A stretch of 64,000 nt of DNA from Rhizodiscina lignyota. Lineage: Eukaryota. Within the stretch, counting starts at the first letter, position 1; the number at the start of each line of letters is the position of its first letter. The notes under the pieces were generated by a model, which was not told the DNA's origin, did no database searches, and worked only from the letters and a program-made list of their open reading frames with translations. The stretch lies in NCBI GenBank assembly GCA_010015805.1, contig ML978121.1, positions 1,612,001 to 1,676,000 of the forward strand. Reading direction: 5' to 3'. This document shows positions 12,201 to 25,112 of this stretch, in pieces. The translations under genes and the position numbers were made by a program.

Positions 12201-14059
12201 ATGCAACAAACTCTACTTCCTCCAACGAACATCATGGCCAATTGCAGCTTCCGCTTTTGACCGCCTGACAATGTTCCTGCTTTGGCATTGAGCTTAAGAG
12301 ATAAATCGCAAGCGGAGATGAGTGCCTCCAATTCTGCTTTTGAACTTGGGGGTCCTGTTGACTTCAACTTGTTAAAAATCTCCACGTGCTCAAAGACGGT
12401 AAGCTCATCCCATAGCACATTCTTCTGAGGGCAAAGACCAAGGCCACCGGTGCCGTCGACTTCAATGGACCCGCCAGTGACTTCGGTAAGACCAGAGATT
12501 GCATCCAGAGTTGTGCTTTTCCCCGAGCCATTTGCACCAAGAAGGGTAAATATTTGGCCTTGTAATGCCGTGATGGAAAGGTTATTGACCGCTAACACGT
12601 TGGAGGCTTGTCTGCGCCGCAGGCCACAACAAGACCTGAAAACACGATGCCACCATGAGGGCCGATACTCCTTCGTGAATGCTGAGAGCTGAATCGCCTT
12701 CGAGGGATCATCGGGGTGGAAATTCAATTTCCTCTCTTTCGAAGCTGTGCCGTACAGGGTGCGTTCCATGTATGCTCCGAGTAGAGGAAATACAAGGGTT
12801 TGGACCATAAAGAATATCCACAAAGCAATGCCTGGAAGCTGCCACGGACTGTCTGGAGCCCCTTTGGTCAAGTCTGCTGGCAAGCTCTGCCGTTCCCAGC
12901 GGGCCATCCAGATAATCATCAGTGTATAGTTCATTGGTGGGAAGAGAAGGCCAATTATGGCAACCGCACCGCTGGACCTAGGCGTGATTACTTGAGAGAT
13001 AATGGCAAGTACAATGGATACGATTGTCACAGTAATCCCCGAGAGTTGGGCTCGTTTAAAGAGGCTGCCACCAAAGACAGAGAAACTTGAGAGTGAAAGG
13101 CCGGCAAGGAGATTTGTCACGATAGTAATTCCGTATGAAGTGGACTCAAAGGCCTGGAACTTCAAGGTGACGCCCATAACTAACCACGACGGGAGGTAAA
13201 TGATGTCGAATGCTAGATGTGTTGACAAGAGCCTCGCAGCCTGGGTATGCCAGGTTTTCCTGTTCGGCGTCATCGCATCGATGAGTTGCGATAGTGCAAG
13301 TTCGCGTTCGGAAGCCATCGAGCCAGTGAGATGGTAGACGATGCCCACGATGCCAATGTAGAGTGTGACCCCAAGAAACCGGATGAGAGCCTGCATATAT
13401 AGTCGCCTAATGTCATCATCTCTTTCTTTTGAAGTTTCGCTTGTGAATGGATATTGCTCCACAGTACTTGGAAGAGAAGCACCGCTCAGACCAGCAATAG
13501 CAGAATCAATCGCGTTTTGGAACGGAAGGATGTAGATCTCAGCATCATTGTTGGTCTCATCCACGTAGATCTTGGTTCCGAAATAACCATCGGCTCGGAT
13601 TGTGTAGTTCCAACGACCGCCGGTCCCTTCGTCTGGGGATGCATTGAAGCTCACGGCACCGTAGCACGCCGTGGTCCCTCGCAAAGAACTCCGACATATT
13701 CGTAGCAGATCAGTGTCCGACTGTAGAATCTGAATGTCCTTCCCGGCGTCCCGCGCCGCACCCGACACCTGGTTTATCACACTCTCAATCCGCCCTCCAG
13801 TATGGCCATTGTGAACAAATGCAACCGTCTGTCGCGTCGCATCGGCCGCGCGAAGGGCGTCTGGGAAGCTTCGAAGCCGCGTCGCAGAACCGATGCCGAA
13901 GTCAGAAGGAGGGACGAAGAGGTTTTTCGCATAGGTTATGAAGAAGGTGAATAGAATTGGAAGCAGAATCGCTCGAAGAATGGTGGCGAACCAATGCCGC
14001 TGGACGACTATAATGAGCGTCTTCCGCGTCAAGGTCCACGTCTGTCGCGTAAACCCCAT
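9227..14059 (-). CDS. Full-length ABC transporter, ABCA subfamily (TMD-NBD x2), intronless
   Basis: Walker A GANGSGKST and GPNGAGKST, signatures LSGGQKRKL and LSGGNKRKL, ABCA-typical CPQ motif and N-terminal TWTLTRKTL. Start placed at MGFTRQ. Confidence 0.93.
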   Translation of the reverse strand: MGFTRQTWTLTRKTLIIVVQRHWFATILRAILLPILFTFFITYAKNLFVPPSDFGIGSATRLRSFPDALRAADATRQTVAFVHNGHTGGRIESVINQVSGAARDAGKDIQILQSDTDLLRICRSSLRGTTACYGAVSFNASPDEGTGGRWNYTIRADGYFGTKIYVDETNNDAEIYILPFQNAIDSAIAGLSGASLPSTVEQYPFTSETSKERDDDIRRLYMQALIRFLGVTLYIGIVGIVYHLTGSMASERELALSQLIDAMTPNRKTWHTQAARLLSTHLAFDIIYLPSWLVMGVTLKFQAFESTSYGITIVTNLLAGLSLSSFSVFGGSLFKRAQLSGITVTIVSIVLAIISQVITPRSSGAVAIIGLLFPPMNYTLMIIWMARWERQSLPADLTKGAPDSPWQLPGIALWIFFMVQTLVFPLLGAYMERTLYGTASKERKLNFHPDDPSKAIQLSAFTKEYRPSWWHRVFRSCCGLRRRQASNVLAVNNLSITALQGQIFTLLGANGSGKSTTLDAISGLTEVTGGSIEVDGTGGLGLCPQKNVLWDELTVFEHVEIFNKLKSTGPPSSKAELEALISACDLSLKLNAKAGTLSGGQKRKLQLAMMFVGGSRVCCIDEVSSGLDPLSRRKIWDILLRERGVRTLLFTTHFLDEAQLISDHIAILSKGNLKAEGSAVELCEKLGGGYRVRLPRKLDINHHGLAFIQRTTVGEEVIYQLGDSAHAASFVAALDAQHVYDYQVTGPTIEDVFLKLAEEVQENYALETARVVVKAAENGKLSPTSLTELDKASAEDSEHDTTFQLYTGNGTTMLRQSWILFRKRITILRQNYLPYLFAVIIPVIAAGLVTFFLHNFHGQNCSPESQVSEGSETGLNTGNLIDLLIPFGPPSGQLSQGALAKEFALNISEFHTVDSLDDFNGFIKQRYANVTPGGFFLGNSSDSTPTFAYVGNWQVATALLTQNLLNNILTRVPVVATFRSFALPLASKAGDTLQLILYFGLAMSASPGFFALYPTVERLRNVRALHYSNGIRAGPLFLAYTAFDFLFVLLISALVTIIWVATSDVWYAPGYLFVVFFLYGLTSILLSYCVSLFVSSQLAAFAFAAGGQAVFFLIYFITFMCIVTYVPATQIDHDILIAQYVIGIFFPSGNLLRSLLLTLNEFSTLCRGDQKASYPGAFSVYGSPILYLILQAAVLFTFLVWWDSGYKPAWLIRSKDRAVDEEEKPYPQDADVVAEVARVKDSNDGLRVLHLTKSFGSNTAVNDISFGVQHSETFALLGPNGAGKSTTISLIRGDLRPSRSHGHTGGDVFVEGTSILAHRAAARSHLGVCPQFDAMDTMTCEEHLRFYARARGVPDVEHNVRAIIEAVGLQAFSTRMAAALSGGNKRKLSLAIALMGNPSVLLLDEPSSGMDAASKRIMWRTLEAVSGGRSLVITTHSLEEAEYLADRVGIMAGRMLALGNTEQLRKRYGDAFHVHVVLKGAPHVSDEEAERVKRWIKENIKGALTEDRVFHGQLRFSVPNKGADASFEGGDEEIKSAAPAGISIAGLFSLLEKNKEDLGFEYYSVSQATLDQVFLAVVTQHDVQEEGHAHEQKAKGIGFLQNTRKLWPSR

Positions 14060-15166
14060 TTTGCGATTGCGTCGCCAACGCAACGCAAAAGAGCTTCGCG
14101 GTTCACGATGCCCTGGGGCCTCCGATATGAAACGTGGAGGAGCCGTCTCAAGAGCTGCTAGGGTTGGATGGACGAGATTCTTGAGATGTGGAAGGAAACG
14201 TGGTAAAGCGACTCGATTGCATCGCAGACGGGTTAAAGATACAATGTTAGCAACACAATGTCATGAGAAAGTAAGCATTAGAGCACATATGTACATTGAA
14301 GATAGAGAAACGCTCAAAGTCAAAGATGGAAGGAGCTTCAGATGTGGAGCATTGAGAGCAAGGAAGGGTGTTTCCGCCCATCAAGATGCGCGTTACACAT
14401 CGACCTCCTCCCACGCGTTCGCACTCGTCGCATTGCTCAGCCAATTACCCGGATGCCTCTGTGCCGAGCACTCAGCCTCCAACGATGTTAGAGGATTCGA
14501 CAAAAGAGTGTCATGATGGGAGCGGTTGGAGCTTTGTAGATAATCTGCATGTTCAAAAATCTCCGTACTGGGGGAGAGACCCAGAGACGGAGATGGGGCT
14601 GAAATTGCGGCCGTGGGCGATCGGTGTGGCGTCAGAGCTGGAACATGCAATCGCATTCCTTGGGCGTACTATGCTTGGTGGTACACACTTAGCCTGCCTT
14701 TCCACCGATGCGCTCAAACCCACGCACAGCTGCTGTGATAAGCTAAGCTAACATCTGCTTCGAGAGGTCAATTAGCAGTGCGAGCCTTGGAGGTTGAGCA
14801 GATGCCAAGGCCGGAGATAGCCGGCATTTGAGCGAAGTATCCACACGAGCTCTCTTGACTAAAGTTGAGCAACACATCGAAGCTCTTGGAAATATTACCG
14901 CCCCGACACAGCACGCCGCACGCTGCGAAACTTGCTCTCTCTTCGGCCTATTCCTGTGGCAAACGCCATTCTCAAACACTGCCGAAAACCTTCCCTGTTC
15001 CGCGAACCCTTCCTCTTCGCCTCTGTTTTCCAACGCCCTGGCCTCGCAATAGGCCGATAGCTCTTTCGTCATGCCACCGCCTTGAAACAATCTCGTCTGT
15101 GACATCTTGTCATTTTTAAAGCACCACGAAGATATCAACAAAGGCGAGAGAGGAAACACAGATAAA

Positions 15167-18100
15167 ATGTTCCAAACATTCACCGGCTCGTCGCGGCGGC
15201 CGCGTCAAGTCAATCTCTCTGGACGAAATCCGAACCCGTTTGCGACTTTGGGAAATGCTTCCGGCTCTCAGGCAGCTCTTGCCAGTGCACAACAGGAGAG
15301 GGAGAGGAGACAGCGTGAGCGTGAGCGACAAAATGCGGCGAAGTTGATACAGCGAAGCTGGAGAGGGGCAACATGTCGGAATGCCGTCAACCAGTCTCTG
15401 AGGGCAGAGTGGGATGCCGCAGAACTTCATAATTCTGACAGCAGCGCTGAAAATGAACTGCAACAACTTCGGAGGTTATTACGGTTCTTCAGTCCCCGAA
15501 ACAAGGCAGATATTCAAAGACTACAAGGGTGGGCGTCACGGCACCTGAAGCACGTCCAGGATCGCACCACGAATCCTGCGGCTGGCCCATGGCCAATGAC
15601 ATACTTGCGGCTTGAGAAGACTTCATTAGCTGCGCTGGAGCGGATTTCGCGAGAGGGGATCGATGACACTGTGGACATTCTTCTACAATTGCTCGTATTT
15701 CTGACCAACCATGGGCCGGACAGGAACTTGCAGCAAGCCCTGCGGTATTTCTCCGTCGTGCGAGAGGTCACTGAATACTTCATCAAGACAAACCATGAGC
15801 CGATCTCTTCCATACTGAACGCCACTACAGCCCCTCTTCGCAAGATCACAGCCAGAACGTTATACTCGTACGAAGCCTTTGCGTGCCGTTACCTTGCTTC
15901 ACAAAGCCTGTTATCACCATGGTATCTTCAAAAACTATTACCGACCATTGCTGACAAGGTCAACTATAAACTTCTTGCCAGCGCTCTAGCAGCAGTCGTC
16001 AGGAGTCCCCGGCTTGAGGAGTATCCAGAACTGACAGATAGCCGAACAAGGCTGTCTCTTCTCAGCTTCTTCATTTACTTCCATCGACATACTCACAATT
16101 TCGGATCATCAGAGCCGTACTCGTCCAGTCAAGATTTCGTCACTGTTGCGTCCGTTCTACTTGGCTCCATTGCGGATGACTTTGATCTGGACGAGCCTCT
16201 ACCAGATGAAGTGGATTTCTCGACACGAAGAAGCTCATCACAAAGAGAGCACGTTTCTGACAGCTTTATAAAGGAGCAGATTCGCTCATTAGTTCAAAGA
16301 GAGAATGTTGGAGCGCTGCTGAGAATGACGGGCCAGTCATCCTCGTCTCCCAACAACTCATCAGCTACTCGCGACGATGGCGCTAGACAACTGGCCATAT
16401 ATGCGCTTTCACTGCTTCGATTCTTCCCGAGGCACGCGGACGAGATTCGCATGTGGCTCTTCCGAGGCTCTTCCCAATCGTCTACTCCGGCGATCAAATA
16501 TTTTTGGAGTGCCTCAAGGGATACCGAAGTATTTCGTGCGATATACCATGACTCGAGGGCCGCTATGAAACTGCTCAAAGACCCGTCAAGCGTACAGAAA
16601 CAAGATTACCAGCCCCCTACATCGTCTTCTAGGCCATCTGAATCCCTACGCGATGATTGGAGGGTAATTCTGGTGTTCCTCGAGCTGTACACTTTCGTCT
16701 TGAAGGTCATGGACGACGACGAATTCTTCTCGGCTTCGAATGTCATTACAAATCGTGGGGCGGATGAATCAAGCAGTGTGCGGGACAATGCGCTCCCACT
16801 CGATGATGTCAAAGAACTCTCCGTCTTCCTCAAAAATCTGGGTTTCACAATGTATTTTAATGCGGCTCAAATCGTCGAGGATAATGATGCGCGAGAGGCT
16901 CCTGCAACCCTTAGCAGTTACTTCAATACGTCAAATGCCGGCATGTTCGAGCCCGCTCCGGAGACCAAGAGAAGCAGCCCTAGCGGTCCGTCAATTGGGG
17001 GTATCTCCGGAATGAGCATCGACTATATGAAGGGTCTCGTCACCGGCCTGTTGCGCATGATCTACGAGCGCGATTCCAGGCGAAAGTTTCTACCGCCAGA
17101 TCATTGGCTGCTCACTTCGCGACTGGACATGGACGGATTTATTCCAGCTGTCGTAACAGAGGAGGAGAGCCGCAACAAAGTCCGAACGGAAGACGATGAG
17201 GATGTGGAAGAGGACGAAGAAGAAGATGTTCTAGGACCTGACTCGGATCTTATTGGATCTACTCGTGTGCGCCAAATCCGAGCTCAAGAGCGTCTTCGAC
17301 GACAGCAGAGAAAAGCATCGCGGAGGAGGTACTTGCAAGCTGTGGCGCCTAGACTAGAGATATTACAGAATATGCCGTTCGTCATTCCGTTTACAACAAG
17401 AGTACAAATCTTCCGCGAGTTTGTACGCCTTGATCAAGTGAGTTGTTACCCCATATCATCTCTGCGTCGAACGCTAACAGGCTGTAGTATAAGCGGAGGG
17501 ATGGCTTAGTGGACCCGGAATTATGGCGCTTGTCTATGAACCAAGATATGCAGCGTCGCAACCAGCTAGCTGACCACCATGCTTCGATTAGGAGGGGACA
17601 TGAATTCGAGGATGCATATACAGAGTTATATGAGCTGAAAGAGAAGCTGAAAGAGCCCATCCAAGTCAGCTTTGTCGACAAGTTTGGGCAAATCGAAGCC
17701 GGTATCGACGGTGGTGGTGTGACGAAAGAGTTCTTAACAAGCGTAACGAGCCAAGCCTTCAGCCCATGCGAAGGTCTCAACATGTTTTCGGAAAATGAGC
17801 ATCATCTCCTCTTCCCAAATCCTTCTGCGGTTGAGGAGAAGAAGGAGCTGCTGAGGCAATCCGGATTTCGCGAGAATAGTCCGGAATTCCGGGAGGAGGT
17901 CAACGAATTACTACGACGCTACGAATTTCTTGGCCGTGTGATAGGGAAGTGCCTTTATGAAGGCATTCTGGTTGACATACACTTTGCTGGATTCTTCCTG
18001 CTAAAGTGGGCACTCACTGGGGGCGAAGGCAGTGCGCCGAATGAGTCTGGGTACCGCGCCAATATAAATGATCTTCGTGATCTTGATGAAGCTCTCTATC

Positions 18101-18831
18101 AAGGCCTGGTAAGTTTTGCTCAAATCAAACATATGCAATGAACTAATACATCGCAGCTTCAGCTCAAGCGCTACCCCGGTAAGGTCGATGATTTCTCTCT
18201 CGACTTCACAATAGCCGACACAATCTCCCTCCCTGGCTCCGAGGTAACAAAGACAATTACGAAAGACTTGATATCCGGCGGTTCCTCTATGGCCGTCACA
18301 AACGAAAACCGTCTCATCTACATCTCATACGTCGCACAACACAGGCTCTCCCGACAGCCCTGGCAACAGACAATGGCGTTTCTCCGCGGGCTCTCTTCCA
18401 TGATCCAGCCCTCTTGGCTCAGCATGTTCAATCAGTCTGAACTTCAGACACTCATCGGTGGCACAGCAGCAAGTATTTCTGTCGCTGACCTCAAAGCGAA
18501 CACGCAATATGGTGGTGTCTACCAAATTGGCGATGATGGTTTGCTCCACCCAACCATCGAGCTATTCTGGCGTGTCATGGAGGGTTTCGAGGATAATGAG
18601 CGCAGGGCGGTGCTCAAGTTTGTGACTAGCACGCCGAACGCGCCGCTATTGGGATTCGGAAGCTTGAATCCGAAGTTTAGCATTCGGGATTCTGGCGATG
18701 ACCAAAGCAGGCTGCCGAGCACGAGTACGTGTGTGAACCTGCTGAAGCTACCAAGGTATTCGAACGAGAAGGTGCTGAAGGAGAGGCTGCTTTATGCCGC
18801 TTTTAGTGGTGCTGGATTCGACCTCTCGTAG
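15167..18831 (+). CDS. HUL5: IQ + HECT E3 ubiquitin ligase, Hul5/UBE3C-like; 3 exons
   Basis: N-terminal MFQTFTGSSRRPRQVNLSGR, IQ motif AAKLIQRSWRG, HECT motifs EAGIDGGGVTKEF and RLPSTSTCVNLLKLP...GFDLS. Introns at ~17438 and ~18109. Confidence 0.92.
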
Positions 18832-21800
18832 GTGCTAGGAGTGATAGACGCACAGCAGTGGTAGATAGAAGAAATGATAATTGGCATTGCCATTTGACAG
18901 CTTTAAACAATGAAACGATTGAGCAATGACTTGCTACCTATGCAATGGAGATGCAGTGCTACTTTTAATTTATGAAAATTTATTGAAAATATGGAGGTAG
19001 CTTTCCTCCTATCAAGGCTTGAACTTGGCCTGTGAGATAGAAGGCTAAAAACCTGGAGAGATTTCTTCGCAGAGTGCATGCTGTGCCAGCTTGTACGTGA
19101 TGCCGATTGGATTGGGTGTGAAGCGATGGCTTACGATTCGGCGTTAGCGTCAGCTCTTGCATATTGTGTGCCACGAAACATCGGTCGCCATGTCCCTCTC
19201 CTCCAAGGACTGAAATAACGCCTATTTTCCTTTTGATCCACGGATATCAGTACGGGCACATGCGTCTACACTCAAAGACGCGTCTGTCGCGCTTCAATCT
19301 CCTCGTCTGGCCTTGTGAGGGTCGCAGTTCACCATCTGCCCTGGCGGTGTCTCGGCATCGGAGAATTCGTACGACTACCGGCTTTGTTCTTTGCTCGAGC
19401 GCGCATGCAACACGCGTGTTCCTGCAAGGAAACTGTGCAAAGTCGTGTTTCGAATCCACCTCGATCTCCGCAGCGCGAAGATTACCTGCAAGCACCAGCT
19501 AGTGGCGATGTAAGGGGAGGTGGTGGCGCTCGACACGGAGGACTCCTCGTTGGGATACGACTTCGCAACCCATGGATGAGAGAAGATCTATGACGAACCA
19601 CGCTGGGCGCTCGAAGCGTCAAGGCCTTAGTAGCTTTCGTGGTAGCTCTGATCTGCAGTGTTTTCAGGGGGTCGAAGCCGCCGAGATGGTCGAAAAGACC
19701 TTGGTAAAGGAGGGGGGTGGGTGTCTTATGCGCTGCGGACGTCTGCTAACGTATCGTCTGAGGGTGCCTCGTAGAGCCCGTCCGAGTCTTCAGTTCGGCA
19801 AGAGGGTGAGGACTTGCTCGTAACACCTCATTCTTCTTTCTCCCAGTTTCTATGCCAATGAAAATGCTCCAGCCCATTGTGTAACCTCTTGCGCGCGCAA
19901 GCTTTGGTCGGACACCTTTATCCCTGCTATTGCTCTGATCAGGGCAACAATGAACGCCTACTGTTGTACCACATCAACTATCTTCTTAGCGATATGAAGG
20001 AGGCTTATTTTCAACCGAACAATTTCTCTCTCTCTTTTCTCTTCGGTCGATGTCTTTCATAACGTAATCTCGTCCACCAGTTTGCATTGACAGAACTTGT
20101 GCCAGGAGAGATTTAATTTGAGCCTGGATTTGCTGTCTCGTCATTTGATGAACAAGACAGCATTGAAATGGTTGTGGTCCTTTGTATGACTGGATGGCCT
20201 TTGAAGTGCTCTGCCCACCACCCACAGCATCGTGAGCATACGACGCAGACGCGATTGGACGCGCTAATGCGACATTGTTGGAGATCATCTTGGGTCTGAC
20301 CGTCTCTTCAATTCGAGCATCATTCTGTCTGCGTCAAAGATCGTCATTGAAGAGCGACTGTCTGTTTTCTTTGCACAAGTTATCGGCGTAGTTGTGCACA
20401 ATCTAGGAGCGGCCGTGCACGCTAATTCGGCGCCTGTGGCTTCTATCGGTGCTTCTTTCGACGTCAAAGGTCATTCCTAACTGCTCTGGTTGAAATCAGC
20501 ATCGATTTGACTCTGGAGAGCTCGACCACGCGGTACTCGAAGTCGTCGTTCGCGAGACTGTACCCGCCCGGACTGCACTTGCGAGAGACGGTAGCAGACT
20601 CAGGGGTTCCAAGGACCAGGACGAGTGGATTCGGCGGGCAGGAGGACTCTGGAAACCTTCCTTACAGACGTTATTCGAAAGTCCATTGTTGAAAGGTCAT
20701 CTAGAGGCTGTTTGGGTGCTTCTCGAAGTTCTTGATCAAGAGACGGAGGGTCGACGGGCTGGTTGCCGCATCAAGGGGTGCCGTGGCAAGACGAAAGTTT
20801 GGTACCGAAAGTCCCTAGCTTGCCATTGCTCACCCACGAACCACTGCCTGGGCGCGGCAACAATCCAGAGTGTCCGCTGAGGCGAATTCTGCAAGACATT
20901 TTGGTCTCCGCAGCTGTCATGTGCATTTAGCGTTTGGGGCGTTCTTGAAAAGCAACAATCGCTCGCCTTTGTTGTTTTCTATGCACTGCAGGGGTTGAGG
21001 AATGTAGACGAGAAGGCCATACAAGGACAGGATCATCCGAATTTTGACTCGACAACTCCCGCATACAGACATAAGGAAGAGAACTTGTTGAGCGCTACTC
21101 CATCTGCCATTCGGCTCGCAGCGTCTTTTCCAACGGTGTCTTCCGCGCCGGATTTGGTAGCGAAAAGGCGATTCAGGCGAGCTTAAAAGCCTTCCGCCAA
21201 TCAGGGCAGCGGCATTATTTACGCCTTCGAGGTGACGCTTTGGGGCAGCGTCGAACCATTCCGGATCAAGAGCCGGCCGGGGACGCGGCTTCTGTGTTGA
21301 GATCTCGCGCCTTCCCTGTCTGGGATCTGGAAGTCCCCGTGGACTCATGGTAATCAGTTCTCATGGTGTGCATGTGCAATTGCTCTCTCCATCACTCTGC
21401 AATCCTCTGGCCCTCCCATTCTCAGCGGACCGCAGACCCAGGCAATAAAGCATTTCTCGCTGCCGCTTTCAACTTACGAAATCGGGAATTTTCAACGCAC
21501 TATATATCCACACCGACAACAATACTTTGGAAGTCTGGAAACCCATCCGTTGCTGAGTCCTCTACGTCCGTTCACAGCAACGGCGTCGTCAGAAGACCAA
21601 CGAGCGTCGAGGGATGTCCAACGATAATCAGCCGCCTACCATTCGACAATTTAGCTACAGCAGCTGACAGATCCCTCCTCCGTATTTGTCCATTGAACGC
21701 TGCGTTGATACTAATTCCTGCACGACTGGTCTTCTGGATGCCGCCCGCTACATCCCACTTTCTGCTGGTGTCTGGCTGTGGTCCCGGTCTTTCACAGCCT

Positions 21801-22147
21801 TCGCGCACTTGGGGCCTGGAATATTTTCCTTTCATCATTATCTTCACACTTGCGAAAACCATCAGAGTGATCGTTAACACCTCTAGAAAGGCGGTTGTTC
21901 TGCTTCTCTCCCATTGAGACCTCTATTTTAACCTTCTAGACGGATTGCCTCGTCAGAGTATTAGAGGGCAGAAAACCCCCGAGGAAAGCCATTGAACAGT
22001 CTCACGAGGAACTCGTGTCAGCTCGTCGTGCGTACCACGGTAGCGACTTCGACGAGCTCTTTCCCGGAACTTCCAGCGCTCCCAGAGGCTGACCACTTCG
22101 CCCTCCCTCCGACACTTCAACGGTACTCCGTACTTCACTACTTCCAC

Positions 22148-24295
22148 ATGTCCTACTTTACTCCTCACGGGTACGACCATGGCGACTTCACCACATGGCC
22201 GCCGATGCCGGAACCGCTGCGAAGGTACGCTAGGTTGCAACAGAACCTTTCCGTCATAGTCCTAGGAAAAGAGAAGAAACTGACAGAGTTTCTCAGTGAA
22301 TTCATCACCCTCAGTATTAAACAGCAGCCTCGGCAGGCACTAGTAGCAGCTCCTAAGAAGGAGAAGGGTAAGTAGCTGCGGATTGGAAAGTTAGAATGGA
22401 TGAGACTGACAACGGATCAGCACGAAAGCCAATAGATCCTCCTGTCGTCGTTCAGATGCAAGTCCAGAGACAAGCAGATGCCACGCAGTACGTTCATGCA
22501 CGATCACAGATGCTTACGAACACCGCCTAACATTAACCTGTAGGATGTTCCTTCACAATCCATTCCTCTTCGTCGTCGCAACGTTGGCGTATGAGAACGG
22601 TCAAAGTGTTGCTGGACAAGGCAGCCAACGCCTCATTGGAAGAACAACATCTTCGCTACATCGGCTGAAAGACATTGATGAGCTGGGTAACTGGGGAGAT
22701 GGTTCGTGTTACGTTCCACAGCGCTAGTCCTCTGCAAGCTAACATGAGGTGCAGATGGTGGGTTCTTTGTCTTTGGTGACCTTTCTGTCACTGTCACGGG
22801 CAGATATCGACTTTGCTTCAGTTTATTTGAACTCGATAAGTTCGTCTTCTCCACAGCGCTCATCGAACCAGTTCTTACAATAGCAACAGGGACGAAGGGG
22901 TAGTAACCCCTCTGCAATCGATACAATCTGGCGTGTTTGATGGTTAGTGCTAGGACCTTTGAGGATATGCGTTCGATAAAATAGTAATTAATATCCTTTA
23001 GTTGTCACTTCCAGAGACTATCTCGGTCTGGACGAGTCTACAAATCTGACGAAAGCATTTGCGGATCAGGGCGTTCGACTGAGGCTAAGGAAAGAAGTTC
23101 GAACCGTCGGGTATGAATGTAGTTTACCTATGATAGCTGTAGCTGACTGGTGTATAGGATGCAGCAATCTCGTCGAGGAACGAGGAGTACTTTGGACACT
23201 GACGATCGAAACATACTCCCCAAAGTGGATGATTCACCCAGCGAAAACAAGCTAAAACGACCTGGCTCCGATAGCCCGCGCCCTGCGAAACGTATGAAAT
23301 CAGAATTTGGCCCAATGTTCCCGGGCGTGAAAAACAATACGCGGGGTTGGGGCGCATTTAGGAGAGAGGATATGGAGACATGGTGTGGAGCTGAGGAAAG
23401 GACTTCGTTTGCAATCGCATCGCCAATGGCGCTGGACCAGAGATCCTCCAATCCTTTTGCGTATTCGGCTTCGAACATGTTCACGGGCAGGCCATATACG
23501 CCACCACATCTGCCCAGTATCACCCAACCAATGGCAGCAATGCCAACGCCAGCGCCAACAGACTGGCAACGAAATGAGGCTGCACCCCAGAGACCACTCC
23601 AACCTGGATTCAATACTAACGTACTTTCTTCACCTAACATGGCCATGCAGTCAGGCAGTATCGTTCATCCTTCGTTGTCGGGACAGCCCCATCACGAGCA
23701 GAACCAGTATCAACCGAGCTCTGTGTTTGAATCTCCACCAACCTTTACTCGTCAACAGCCTGTTCGCACCCCGCAAAGATCCTTCGTACAGCCACAAGGC
23801 ATACCTCCCTCGCCGCCATATACCTCGCATCAAAATCGACAATTTCATTTTGGGGCCAGTCCTGCACGCCATCCGTATGGTGAATCCAGCAGAATGCAGA
23901 CGGGCTATTTCGACAACGTTTCTCGTGCACCGGACCCTTTGGTGGCAGATCAGAGGCCACAGGGCACAGAAGAGGCTCTTCAAGCTCTTGCAAGCGCGTC
24001 GGAGCAGCGGCCGTATCTAGCACAATCTGGCATCGGCGGCAACGATATACCTGGGGCTTTGGGCGAACCTGTGACTCTAGGCGCGTCTCAGCAATCCGGA
24101 GCTACCACTTTCGATGGCCAACACCCTATGGCTTCTGCGCAGCACGTTCAGAACTCCCTGCCGCAAGTGAGGAACACATATCAGATTCCCGGGATGGCTG
24201 GCATGGGTTTTGAGGCTGCGCCTGGTCATCAGCTACAACAGAATTTCCGCTCTGCAGCTGCTCCAACGTCGCTCAACTGGGCTGGGATGCCGTAG
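22148..24295 (+). CDS. vosA: Velvet-domain transcription factor, VosA-like (N-terminal velvet, long P/Q-rich C-terminus); ~8 exons
   Basis: Spliced exons give [10 protein letters not shown]...[11 protein letters not shown]...FLHNPFLF...[10 protein letters not shown]...[11 protein letters not shown]...[11 protein letters not shown]...[21 protein letters not shown], the velvet-domain motifs. The last exon is ORF 23150..24295. Confidence 0.82.
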
Positions 24296-25112
24296 GTACT
24301 ACTAGGTCGGTGCTGGTGGTGATGATGGTCGGAAGGCTTACGGAGATGTAGGGAAATAAGCGGACTGCCGTCATTACAAAGCACTGAAAAGGCAATGTCT
24401 GAGGAGTTGATTTTGAATTGTTAGCGATTGGGCGAACGGCGGACCTCTGTTCGGCATTACGAGGCAGTTGAGCATTGCGTCTGCCATTGAGCGAGACTAC
24501 GGAGTATTGCTTTCCTTTCTTTCTTTCACCTTGCTTGCTGTTTTACATTGGGTGCCCGGGAAACAGGACGGATATCCCTTCTCCCGAGGCGAGTTAAAAT
24601 AGATTTCTACAACGGGGTGGCCGCCGCCCTTGCATGTTTCATTCTTACCAAGTCAGCAAGCCGAATTGGTGTGGACTTTGTAGTCCAGTGGAGAGTCAGC
24701 ATTACGGAGTGAGACTGTAGCGTTGACACAAATGGAGTAAAGTTTCAAAATCTTTCATATTTCTAATTACAAGCGGATTAAACCAATAATCCCTTCCTCA
24801 CCAAAGTTCTAGAAATGCGGACACCCATTGCCGTTGTGTGCGGCGCAAAATGCAAACGTCATCTACCAAGGACCGTCGCAGACTAATTCTCTTCCTTCTG
24901 CATTCGCACTTCCATTAGAAATTAACGAAGCTGATAGTGTCCCCGAGTTCCCGATCGGCCGTTTGCTGAGTGTCGCGGATCGGTCTGGCCTTTCTTTGTT
25001 TGACGGGCCTCGATCCAAACGATAGGCCGTTACTCCGACAATATCTTACAACCAACTGACCAATTGGAACGCCTAGGCCGTTTGCAGTCATCAACAGTAC
25101 CCTCTCCCCAGC

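Noticed and set aside
9396..13705. Numerous plus-strand ORFs over the ABCA gene (and similar antisense ORFs over other genes)
   Set aside because: Antisense shadows of real coding sequence.
21257..21422. CATTCY (AbaA-type) sites upstream of the vosA-like gene
   Set aside because: The hexamer is too frequent by chance to support without conservation data.
18980..21950. Many 60-180 aa ORFs upstream of the velvet gene
   Set aside because: No recognisable motifs or coherent exon chain. They overlap on both strands as expected for non-coding DNA.
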